Positions 51,748 through 62,995 of a stretch of 64,000 nt of DNA are shown here, piece after piece (the stretch's first letter is position 1; each line of letters starts with the position of its first letter). The notes under the pieces were generated by a model, which had not been told where the DNA came from, searched no databases, and worked only from the letters and a program-made list of their open reading frames with translations. Source of the stretch: Sminthopsis crassicaudata (taxonomy: Eukaryota). The stretch is from NCBI RefSeq assembly GCF_048593235.1, contig NC_133617.1:382482067-382546066 (forward strand), read 5' to 3'. The translations under genes were made by a program, and so were the position numbers.

Positions 51748-52658
51748 TCTATTTTTAAAGGACCTTTTCTGCTTTAATGCCTATTTCTGAGACTCCACCC
51801 TCCAAACAAGTCCTTCAGAAACCACTTGCCTAGGCATTACTTGAGACCATGCCCATGTACTTTCCTCCTCACTCTCTACCATCTGTTGAGATCTGTAATC
51901 AAAATCACTCTGGAAAGGATATGTCAGCTGCCCCAATACTCACTTCACCATCTTTGCTACTTTCCCTGGATGGAAAAGTGAAGCTGGTGACTTTGCACAG
52001 TCCTTCCTCACTTGACAAGACCAACCTCTGTGTGTAGGAAATACCCCAATGAAGCGCTGGCAAAAGGCTAACTTCCTTTCTTCTCCCTTCCTCCTTCCCT
52101 CCCTTCTTTCCTCCATATCAAGGAGTTCATAGGCTAGATTTCTTTCTTAAAGACCAGGCCTTAAACCCAAATCACTCTAGCTTTCATTAACTGGCCAACA
52201 AAAGGTTCCAGATAGATCCCCACTTGGGCTGTTGGGGCCAAGACGTCACAGAGTGAATCTAAATACAAATGTTTCTGTTTTGACCAAAAACTCTGACTTC
52301 CCCTTCCAGATTATTTTCCTTTTGCCTAGGTAAGAGAGACCATTCTTTACTTCAATGCTTACCTAGCCTTAATCACTGACTAGGAGATTGTCTCAGTCAA
52401 ACTGAGACCTGCTAAAAACCTTAGCTTAAAAAGGCCAAGGTCTCCCATTGCATCCAGGGCCATCTCCAGTAGTTTTGATTTATATTTTGCCACTGGATCT
52501 AGATGGCTCTGGAGGGGAAAGTGAGACAGGTCACCTTGCAGAGCCTTCATCTCTGAATTACATGTCAAGGCATCATCTCTGAAGTCATAATCATCTTCAA
52601 GAAAGGCCAAGCAACAAGTACCTACTGGGGCTAGGCACTGTGATTGGTCTTGGGGATG

Positions 52659-52690
<32 letters not shown>

Positions 52691-55567
52691 AATTCATGAT
52701 CTAAAAAAGTATGTCATTGCTGGGGACAAAACAGGCACACAAATAAGTATAAAATATTCAATCTATAATGTTATCTATTTGGAAGCGCCTTCCCAATGCT
52801 GTGTCCAATGACATAGCTTCCATGGCATCCATACCTGTCCATTCTCTGTAACTCTAATCCATGTGCTCCCTTTCATTCTGCATTAACTGGTCCATCCAAC
52901 TTGTTGAAGATGTTCCTCACTTTCTTCAAATATGGGGACACCCATGGGGCCTTCTACTGTCCTCCTATCAGAGTTCACCCTCTTCATGTATCACTAGGTA
53001 TGTGACCAGTTCATATTCTACTCCAATCAGACAAGTGCTTACTAACATCTTTACTCCTGCTCTACTTCTTGATTATATATTCAGTCTGCACAAATATTTC
53101 TCTATGTGCCTACTATTTTCTAGATCTCAGCTTCTTAAACTGAGTCATGATCCCATATAGGGTCTCATAACTGAATATGGGGGTTATGAACTTATGGTTA
53201 TAAGAAAAATGTTTGAGTTGAATACCTATTTTGTATACTTATATATCCAGGATCCAAATTTCTTGGGTGAAAGGGGGTCGGAAGTGGAAAACACTTAAGA
53301 AGTCTCATTCTAGATTATATTTTTTTATTCTTCCAAGTCAGATGCATTCCAGTCTCATCACCATATTGCAACACCAGGAAAAAGACTATATTAAAAAGAT
53401 GGGCCTTTCCCTGTAAGGGAAGCAGGAAAAAACTTTTGCAATTTCTTAAATGCAATCCAAGGGGTTTTCCCCCTTCTGTTCTACTCCAGATCCAACCAAG
53501 AACACATCTGTCCAGTCTGTCTGTGATAAACATGCTCATGGCCAAGATCTCTAAGATGTCCAACAAATGTACTTGGAAACCTGAGCAACAGACATTTTCT
53601 GTATCTTTGGTCTTTCCTATGTAGAAGGCAATAGTGTTCTCAAAAGAAATTTTTAAAATGGGAAGACCAGGTTTAGGTAGGGAATGAACTGTTTCGGGAT
53701 ATATTATATTTGAGATCTCAATGGAAAATTCAGGGGAAGAAGTCTAGAAGAAATTTGATTATTTTCAAGGGTTGGACATATTGATCTGGGAGTTATCTAC
53801 ATGGAAAAGATACTTTAATCTATGGGAACAGATGAGACCAGTGATCTCCAAGGGGAAAACGATAGTAAGGAAGAGAAAAGGGCTCAGGACAGAACAGTGG
53901 GAGGTCACCCACACTAAAGGGGCAGCTGGGGGACAACACTGAGAATATCAACAAGGGGCAATCAGAGAGGTTAGAGGTTAGTGTCACCAAAACCAGGAAA
54001 GTAGTTTCCAGGGGGAGAACACAGTCAACAGCACGTGAAACTGCAGAGAACTGAGAAAAGACCATCCATTCAATTTAGCAATTTAGGGATTACTGGTAAT
54101 TCAATTAGATACAACACACACTAATCACTTCTTATGCTACATGATCAGGATAAAAAGCACAAAGGCAAGAACCTGTCTCCCTCTGAATATCCAGCTCCTG
54201 GAGTGGACTAGTGCCTTTCACAGTGAAGAGAAGTGAGGAGTGGAAGGGGAAGATGCATCATGATTCTTCCATTTTTGAAAATCCAAATATGAAATTTGTC
54301 ATTTATAATCTTAGTAATGGGCCCAAGCTAATAACAATAACTCACATTTATACTGTACTTTGCAAAGCACTTCTTCACACATTATTTCATTTGATCCCCG
54401 TAACAAGCATGTAAGACAGGCGCTATGATTAATTTCGGAATACAGATGAGGAAGTTAAGGTTCACAGAGTTCAAGCTCACTTCTTGACATCCCCCAAACA
54501 AAATCGTTACCGATCGCACCAAGCCGCCTCTTAGTTGAGGCACAATGTGTGAAGGCTGGGAAAACCACAAAGAGGATTAGTGTATTTCACACAGGTGCCC
54601 GCAGGAATCTTCCTAACTCCTGTAACCAACAGTAACCCCACCACACATACAATGTGGAAGCCTCCACGTCCGGCGCACAAAGCTGCCAGGAGAAACGTCT
54701 GCCACTATTTTGCACTCACTGAGGCTGGCTCGCTACCAAAAAACCTTACTCCCAACCAGGGCTCCCAAGCACTGTGAGTATGTGCTTCCATGCACCCAGA
54801 CGAGGACCTCTGTCTTCCTGCTCAACCTCCAACGGCAGCCTAAAGTGACAAGTCCTCCATTAGTAGGATCAAAACACCTCTGGTCTAACTCTAGTCTAAC
54901 TACCTCGTTGTACAGATGAGGAAAATATCCGGGAAAGTAAAGCGAGCAGTTCGCACAAGCTCGGTCCGGTCTGGAATCTCCATCACCCCCCTCGCATCTT
55001 CCGCCCCCTCCTCCCTCTGTTACTCTTCCCCCACTCTGCGGGTTTCGCCTGTCTCCTTCCATACGAGTCACTTCCTCCTTAAGCTATCATCTCCAGGGGG
55101 CAGGTGCCCAGCTAGTGCCCTTCTTTGTCTCCGCAGCGCTAACCCAGCAGTGACGCTTATCAATGGCTATCGGTCGGGGGAAGAACTGACTAAACACTCT
55201 GGAGACCTCCAAGTTTGCCACACGATGACAGCCCCTGTCTGGCAGGACTGCAGGGCTCCCTTCATTTTACAGGGAAGGACACCAAGACCTGAAAGGGGCT
55301 GCCTTGGCCGGGATCTCCCAGGGGTTAAGTGATGGGGCAGAATTCGAACCAGGACCCGGGGTTCTACGGACTGCGCCCATTGCCAGGGGTCTGCATTAGG
55401 GCCCGGAGCCCCTGAGTCTGAACCACCCCCCCAGTCCCGGAACTCTCCGCCCACAGGCAGGACCCGAAAGCTCCAAGAGCGGCCTGCGGCCCCCTTCCCG
55501 TTATCGCGGTCCTCGAAGCCCGCAACGATAGCCACTCCTAAGGAGATGAGACCGGAGGCTCACTTAC

Positions 55568-55598
55568 AGGGACTGAGAAAGCGGGCGGCAGCGGCCAT
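55568..55598 (-). CDS. FECH: Ferrochelatase coding exon 1 (MAAAARFLSP, start of mitochondrial transit peptide)
   Basis: Minus strand reads gccaacATGGCCGCTGCCGCCCGCTTTCTCAGTCCCT|gtaagtg: good Kozak context, consensus donor, phase 1 matching exon 2, inside a CpG island. The upstream 'A-N-M-A-A' context matches the eutherian FECH N-terminus. Confidence 0.88.
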
Positions 55599-55666
55599 GT
55601 TGGCGTTAAGTAAAAGCTTTCCGACGCTCCGCAGAGACTGCGGCTCCGCGTTCCCCCGGCGGCTCT

Positions 55667-55678
55667 TGCGCACGCGCG
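55667..55678. promoter_or_regulatory. NRF1 motif TGCGCACGCGCG
   Basis: Exact match to YGCGCAYGCGCR, about 70 bp upstream of the ATG. Confidence 0.6.
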
Positions 55679-55842
55679 CTCGGTCCTTCGAACCACGCAA
55701 AGCCGTCCCAGCCCCAGCTCAGGCTCTCTTGGTTAGGCGGCGCGCTGGGCCCCTCGCTCGACTCCCCCGCTGAGACAACGCCTAGCGCTCAGCTCTGCTA
55801 CTACACTGGCGCTCGATAAGCGCCTAATCTGCTCATAATGCG

Positions 55843-55855
55843 GAGGCGGGGAAGT
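55843..55855 (+). promoter_or_regulatory. Overlapping GC-box (GAGGCGGGG) and ETS/GABP core (GGAAGT)
   Basis: Motif match only, inside the CpG island. Confidence 0.45.
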
Positions 55856-56078
55856 CCTCCGAGGAGCTGCGGGCAGCTGGCCGCAAGATCCACCCCCTCC
55901 CTCCCCAGCCCTGAGCACTGGTATCTCGCAGGCCTAAGTCTAGTTGGAGGAACTGGGTGATCCCGCCCATCCCTTATTCGTCCGCCAGGGAGTCATGCTT
56001 CTAGCAGTTGGGAAGGACCCGAAGGGGTATCCCGTGCAGCCCCCTCATTTCGCAGATAAAGAAACTGAGGCTAAGCGA

Positions 56079-56224
56079 TTGTGGTCCTCCAACTTTTAGA
56101 ATAGGGGCCAATGTCCCTCAGACTGTGGGAAGGCCGGACTGCAGTAAAAACAAAACCTCCACTCTGTCTCGCCCCTCAGCCCACTTGCCATAACCCAGAG
56201 GGGCGCATAGTTTGGGAACCCCTG
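56079..56224 (+). mobile_element. Internally deleted OC1-like hAT MITE in the FECH upstream promoter
   Basis: Shares agtaaaaacaaaacctc.cactctgtctc.gcccctcagccca.tt.ccataacccag and both TIR-like ends with the 28157-28348 copy, but is about 45 bp shorter. It sits inside a MIR. Confidence 0.72.
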
Positions 56225-56661
56225 GAGGATGTGTGACTTGAACCTAGGCCTTCCGATTCCAAAAACAGTCTGTTCGTTAGTTTTATTTCGAATATGTCAA
56301 GTGTTTGACTCCCATAAAGATATTTAACTATTCCATAAAATCTTCAGTTATAGGGTGAGCTGGGAAGCATCTCCGAGGCTATAATAATGATAATGTTTAC
56401 ATACCTCTTACTTCGTGCCGCTTTAACCATCATTATCTTATCTGATCCTCCCTACATCCCTGGAAGGCAGGTGTCATTATCACCATTTTACAATGAAAAA
56501 TTAAAACAAACAGTAAGTCTCACCCTAGGAGGTGGATGCCATTATTTCCGTTTTACAGATGAGGAAATTGAGGCAAATAGCGATTAAGTGACTTCCCCAG
56601 ATAATAAGTGACTAAGTCCATCCTTAGAACTCAGGTACTCCTGACTCAGTCTGACCACTCT

Positions 56662-57414
56662 TTTTTTTTTTTTTTAATTTAGAATTTTTTTCCACAGTAT
56701 ATATGCATGAGTAATTTTTTAATAACATTATCCCTTGTATTCATTTTTCCAAATTATCCCCCCCTCCCTCTACTCCCTCCCCTAGATGACAGGTAATCCC
56801 ATACATTTTACATGTGTTACAGTATAACCCAGATACAATATATGTGTGTAAATACCATTTTCTTGTTGCACATTAATTATTAGCTTCCGAAGGTGTAAGC
56901 AACCTGGGTAGATAGACAGTAGTGCTAACAATTTACATTCACTTCCCAGTGTTCCTTCTCTGGGTGTAGTTATTTCTGTCCATCATTGATCACTGGAAGT
57001 GAGCTGGATCTTCTTTATGTTGAAGATATCCACTTCCAACAGAATACATCTTCATACAACATTGAAGTGTGCAGTGATCTTCTAGTTCTATTCATTTCAC
57101 TCAGCATCAGTTGATGTAAGTCTCTCCGAGCCTCTCTGTATTCCTCCTGCTGCTCATTTCTTACAGAGCAATAATATTCCATAACATTCATATACCATAG
57201 TTTACCCAACCATTCTCCAACTGATGGACATCCATTCAACTTCCAGCTTCTAGCCACTATGAAAAGGGCTGCCACAAACATTTTGGAACATACAGGACCC
57301 TTTCCCTCTTTAGTATTTCTTTGGGATATAAGCCCAGTAGTAGCGCTGCTGGATCAAAGGGTATGCACAGTTTGATAACTTTTGGGGCATAGCTCCAAAT
57401 TGCTCTCCAGAATG
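56662..57414 (-). mobile_element. 5'-truncated L1, same 3' UTR subfamily as 35515-37888
   Basis: Poly(T) at about 56661-56675, ORF 57015..57281 is the L1 C-terminus. TSD tcag(t/c)ctgaccactct at 56646-56661 and 57415-57430. Confidence 0.95.
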
Positions 57415-58014
57415 TCAGCCTGACCACTCTTGTCATCTACCTGCTCCAGATATGTGCGTCCACATGCATGTATGTGTATGTATGCACACGTGTGTTGTGG
57501 ATGTAACTTATATGGTTGTTTGATTGTCTCCCCTCCTTAGAATGTAAAATCCTAGAGAGCAGAGACTGTTTTGCTTTTCTTTTTATCTTTAGTAGCTGGC
57601 ACAGTACTTAATAAACGATTATGGTTGTTATACTCATTCAAAGCATGGCATTCCATTTCCCTGCTCAAGGCTTTTCCTTTCCCAAACCAGAAAGGTATTC
57701 TCTCTTTACCACCACCTCTTATGATCACTACTTGTAAAGACTTTGATGTAACAGTCCTTTTCTCCAAAATTACCTTGTATCCATTTTGCGCAAATTTTGA
57801 ACATACTTATAAATGTATGTTTTGAATTATTTAATTATTTAAAACATTATCAAAAGTTTAAGATGTATCCAAAAAAATTGTGCTAAAAACTCAAGATTAA
57901 AAAAAAAAAAAGTTAATCCCTACTCTCAGATAATTCCATTTAATGGAGGAAACAATGTCTTTAGGGGAGCAGTGGCTAGGGAAGGGATTTTGGTCTGGAA
58001 AGTTGTAATTGTAG

Positions 58015-58260
58015 GTTGTTCTTTGTTCTCAAGAAGACCATGACATTCAGGAGATGATCCCACGACATGCAAATGAATTGGATTTAAGTCAGGAAGGGCT
58101 GTGCAAAGTCACCAGCCTCACTTTCTCCTCCAGAATCTTCTGAGTCCAATGGCCAAATATAGGTCAGGGTGACTGGAGATGGGCCTGGATGCAGTGGAAG
58201 TAATTGACCCTTTTAAGCTAAGGTCTTTAACAGATCTCAGTGATTAAGGCTAGGTAAGAA
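58015..58260 (+). mobile_element. Marsupial interspersed repeat (MdoRep1/WALLSI-like)
   Basis: gaagaccatgacat...aattggatttaagt.aggaagggctgtgcaaagtcaccagcctcactttctcctccaga...gactggagatgg, with a degenerate partial copy at about 58700-58800. The family name is from memory. Confidence 0.55.
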
Positions 58261-60277
58261 TTTAAGGTAAATTAAATTTACCTTTTTTAACTAGTCAAAT
58301 AATAATAGTATTAATATATAATGTATATTATATATAATATATAATAATAATATCCGGAAGGGAAAACTTTCAACATTTCTGACCAAAACAGAAATAATTA
58401 TTCTTTATTCTAAAGTAATCAGCTAAAACAAGTGGGATTTGACCTGGGCCAACCTTTTGTTCACCAGTCAATAAGAGCCAGAATGATTTGGGTTTAAGCA
58501 CTGGTGCTTTAAAAAAAAAAATCTAGCTTGTGAACCCCAAGACATGAAGGAAGGAGAAAAAAGGAAGGAAGGAGGGAGGAAAAAAAGGGAGGGATGGAGG
58601 GAAGGAGAAAGGAAGGAAATAAAAAGTTAGCCATGTTGCCTCAGTCTCAGTGAAGCAGCTTCTACTCATAGAAGTTGCTAGTCCTTTATTATCAAAGATA
58701 ACCACAACATCAAGGAAATGATGCCATGGAATGCTAGTGAACTGGATTTGAGTGAAGGTGCTCTGTAAGCACCAACCTCACTTTTTCCTCTGGAGAAAGT
58801 AACAAAGATGGTGAGAGGAACTTTGGGGCAGCCAATTGACATATTCTTTCCAGAGGCAATAATTATGGCTTTGATCACAGATCTCAGAGCAGAAAGTGTA
58901 CAGAGAAGAGGAGAGTACATGGACATGATCTCAAGTAATGCCTAGGCAATGACTTATTTGAATGGTAGAGTCTCAGAAACAGGCTACTTAGAATGTAAGC
59001 TCCTTAAGGACAAGGGACTTTGTATCCTTAGTTCCTGGCATGTTGTAGGTTCTTAGTAAAAGCTTGTTGGTTGCCTGGTGTGTTTTTATAGTATTTTATA
59101 AATATATATTTTATATTCTATAATATTATATGTATATTATTACATGTTATACCACTGTATGTTATATTTTTTCCTTTCAGGTTATATGTAAACTTCTTGA
59201 GGACAGGAACAGTTTTTATCACTGTCTTTGTATACCCAGTAAATACTAAGCAATAGTGCCTTGTGTATAGTAATTACTTAATGAATGCTTGGCAAATTGA
59301 ATTATCGAGTTCAGAGGACAAGGGCTTATCATCAAATGGCCACAACATCCCATGAAGTAAAAAAAAAAAAAAAAAAATTTGGTTCTATACCTGGATAATT
59401 GAGGTGTGGATCAAATTATTCAGTTTCCCAAAAAAATAATTATTTCTGTTGCAATTAAAGGGCTAGTCTTCATTATTATCTAAGTGTAAAATCAAATGGG
59501 AATCTGTAGAATTATTGCTCTGAGAATTGGACAATGATAATTATTTTTCAAAAAAAAAAAAACCACACAATTTTTCTTCTCTTCATTTCCAAGTATACAT
59601 TTGTTAAGATTTTATTCATTTTTTATTGTCTTTTCAAAGAGTTTTTCTCATGTGAGGGACATGCTTTCCTGCCACAAAAATTCTGAATATTTTACCTGTT
59701 TTTAAATTCAGCACTAGAAGAAGCAGTATGTCTAAGGTCGGAGAATTAGAAAGCAAAGGATATTAGGAGTTTGAATTCTCCCTTTACTTAGCCATATCTG
59801 GAAGACCCTGGATAAGTCAAGTATTCTATCTCTAGCCACATTCCACTTTCTGCCAAGTAAAGATAATGTTTATCTATTCTTTATCTACCATAGGGACCCC
59901 CTAATGATTGGTGAGTAGGCAAAAACTGAGTAAAAATTCATAGGAACTCAATGAGTAACCCATGGTTTACTTGCATTTTAGGGATGGCTCTTTTTTTAAT
60001 CAGGCTCATGATGGGACAAAGGTTGTAAATATTATATATTTTTGGGGAAAAGAAATCCAGTAAACTTTTCTTAGAGGAAACAAAAATTACTTGCATTGAT
60101 TTTCTTTTAAAATAAATTACTTTCAAATTATTTCATTAAATATAAAAAATATTTCATTGTTAACCATATTAATTTAGCACCTATATTTATAAATTATACT
60201 ACTCTTTTTGTAGATTTTTGTTGATATGCTTATTTTTATTCAGTTAAAATCCAGTTATATAGCATTTATTCCATAAG

Positions 60278-60780
60278 TGTTATGGGCCAGAACTTGAAAC
60301 AAGGAGCTAAGTGGAACTGAGGAGACAATGGTTAAATCGAGTTTAGCATTGATTTAATCCTACAACAAATAATGGTTTCCTTGTGATATAATGATTGGTA
60401 TATACTCAGCGTGGAGCATATACGAAGGATTCATTCCATCGTCCACCTTTGTTGTGGCTGGAGGCTCAAGCACACACCTTTGGAAGTTGAGGAGATTCAG
60501 AAGCCAGAGAAGGCAGTTGGGCAGAACTAAGGAAGACAGAGAAGTGGTGACAGGCTGTCCTGTGGAGAACACTGAAACCAAGCTCTGGAAGGCCTCCAGA
60601 AAACTAGCTGAGCCTCGAGTGAAGGAGACAAGACTTTGAAGGAGACGGTAAAGGATCTGAACTTTAACTCCTGGCTGCATTCAGGGTGATGACTCTGAAC
60701 TGAAACTAAGGCTGCCTCCGGAAGCCCCCCAAGAAACCTGCTCCCAGTGAACAACATATTATAGAAAAGAATATTATACA
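60278..60780. mobile_element. Solo LTR, 503 bp, probably ERV1-class, inserted in an L2 tail
   Basis: TG...CA termini (tgttatggg...ttataca), 4-bp TSD taag at 60274-60277 and 60781-60784. L2 3'-end text continues across the junction. Confidence 0.75.
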
Positions 60781-60826
60781 TAAGTATTTAGTGCCTACTA
60801 AGTACTGGAGATACAAGCACGGAAGG

Positions 60827-60871
<45 letters not shown>
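60827..60871. repeat. (CA)n microsatellite
   Basis: Pure CA run. Confidence 0.96.
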
Positions 60872-60874
<3 letters not shown>

Positions 60875-61689
60875 CCTGGCCTTGAAGTCATTCTACTGGA
60901 GGATAAGAGATACAGAAATAAACAAATACAAATTTTATACAAGGAAAATGCAGTGGGAAGGGAAACTACAAACAAGTAGCTCAGAAAAGCTCCTCTAAAT
61001 GATGGAGGGAAAGAGTTAGAATATTCTATGCCTCCCTATCTCCATGTCCCCCAGGCATCTGGAGATAAAGTGGGACAGCAAATAGCCTGGTCCGGCTGGA
61101 ATGTCAGAACAGATGTGTTAGAACCAGATTATGATTCCAGAGGATCTTGTTTTTATAGCAGGAGGCATGGACACTGTAGCTTTTTACAGGTAGGGGAGTG
61201 ACATTGTTTGATCTGGGCCCTAGGAATATCAACTTGACAGCTTTGCAGAAGATGACTCAATGTTTCCAGTAATCAAAATGCAGAAAATGATATACTAGTT
61301 GTGATATGTAACATGTGAAAATGAATTTATTACTCTGCATTCTAATCTATTAAAATAGAAGCTTGTTGTATGACCCTGGGCAAGTCACTTAACCCCAATT
61401 GCCTCAGCAAAAAAAAAAAGAAAGAAAGAAAGAAAAGAAAAAAGAAACTTGTTTGATGTTACTAGAAGGGAGTAAATAGTGCAATGGAAAGAACATTGAT
61501 TTGGACACCTCCTTGAAGGTCAATTCCAACCATAAACAAGTTATGTAAGGCAAGTCTGGTTCCCTATCTGTAAAAGGGGAAGAGGTATGTAATAATAATA
61601 CCTTCAGTACTTAACCCCACAGCATTGGTGTAAAGGTCACATGACCTTATGGATGCTTCCCAACTCCTAGTTTTAATTAGCTCATCAGG

Positions 61690-61890
61690 CTAAGTTGTTC
61701 AATTGTATCCAAATCTTTGCAAATTCATTTAGGATTTTCTTGGCAAAGATACTGCAGTGGTTTACCATTTCTTCCTCCAGCTTATTTGACAGATGGAGAA
61801 ACTGAGGCAAACAGGGTTAAGTGACTGTGTCCAGAGTCACACAGCTAAAAAGTGTCTGAGATCACTTTTGAACTAAGGTCTTTCTAACTC
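61690..61890 (-). mobile_element. Mar1/MIR-type CORE SINE
   Basis: ttttcttggcaaagatactgcagtggtttaccatttc...gacagatggagaaactgaggcaaacagggttaagtgact. Similar copies lie at about 41030-41230 and 44550-44770. Confidence 0.75.
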
Positions 61891-62894
61891 TGGGCTCCTT
61901 TACACTTGATGTTCAAAAACTGAATGCAAGCTATTAACATTGTAATTTTTCAAAGTATACCTACATGCATGTTTTTCCTGGCAAATGTTTCATCTTAGAG
62001 GCATAGACAAATACAGAAAGATCATACCCCCATAAAGAGCTAGTTATTTAATAAGATAAACATAATTATCAAGTGCTTACTGTACCAGACACTGTTCTAA
62101 GTGTTAGATCAGCTTTGTTATATAAAACTTGCCATCCCTAAGATTAAAATTGGTGTCTTTAGAAAACTAAGTTTCATACTCTATAAATATTGGATAATGA
62201 TGATATTAAGATTGGCAGAATGATGAAAAACTAAAAAACTTTTTTTTAGACCTAGAATGGACTTTGTTGATGAGGGTGATCACTTTCATTTTACAGATAA
62301 GTAAAGTGAAATTTAGGTAGCAGGGTGGTACAATGAATAGAATCTGGGGTCTGGAGTCAGCAACACTCTTCTTTACTTCAAATCTGGCTTCAAATACTTT
62401 ATAACTGTGTGTCATTTAACCTGTTTGCCTCAGTTTCCTTATCTGTAAAATGAGCTAGAGAAAGAAATGCTAAATCACTCTGATAAGACTACCAAGGAAA
62501 TCTGAAATGGGGCAGACAGGTCTGAATAATAATAGCAATTCAAAGATCATAGAATTTAAGTGATTTGGCCAATATCAAATAGTCCATAAGCAGGCAGAAT
62601 ATGAACCCAGGACCTCTGCTTACACCATGACACCACATTGTAGCATATCTCCCAATGAGATAATTCCAGGAGAAATAAACTGGAACGCACATTGAGTTAG
62701 AGAGTGTATTAAAAAACAAACCAAAAAACAAAACAAAAAACCCTCAATAAGACCCAGCCTTCTAAGACTCGGGAAACATTGTATTTTATTTGCTTAGAAA
62801 AGATAATTGTTTTATTTCTATTTGTCCACATTTACTTATATACTTATGCAGAAAATTCATTCTCTACAACCAAATGTATATGAATGAAAGGAGC

Positions 62895-62995
62895 CTCTGG
62901 GCGGCCCCAGATAAGCAGCCCTGCAGAGCTGAGGATTTATCTGAAGCTGGGTGACTTAATTAGTGGATAAAGCACTCTCCTGTCACAGATAGGAC
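62895..62995. promoter_or_regulatory. GATA-motif cluster with adjacent SP/KLF box; candidate erythroid enhancer
   Basis: AGATAA 62909, TTATCT 62937, GGATAA 62965, AGATAG 62987 and TGGGCGG 62898, in unique, GC-elevated sequence. Confidence 0.45.

Larger units (their letters stand above)
54900..56060. promoter_or_regulatory. CpG island / FECH promoter and first exon
   Basis: Sharp rise in GC and CpG density around exon 1 in an otherwise CpG-poor window. No TATA box seen. Boundaries are approximate. Confidence 0.9.

Noticed and set aside
55622-55650. 5' UTR hairpin containing CAGUC, considered as an iron-responsive element
   Set aside because: The stem is CCGCAG/CUGCGG with a 3-nt loop. There is no CAGUGN hexaloop and no C-bulge geometry, so it is not an IRE.
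55546-55918. GC-rich ORFs 55546..55773 (+), 55733..55918 (-), 54916..55332 (+) and 55167..55535 (-)
   Set aside because: Stop-poor frames are expected in a CpG island and they show no recognisable protein similarity.
56053-56059. AGATAA near the promoter as a GATA1 site
   Set aside because: It lies in the MIR core (cattt...cagat.a.gaaactgagg) and is one substitution from the repeat consensus, so it has little evidential weight.
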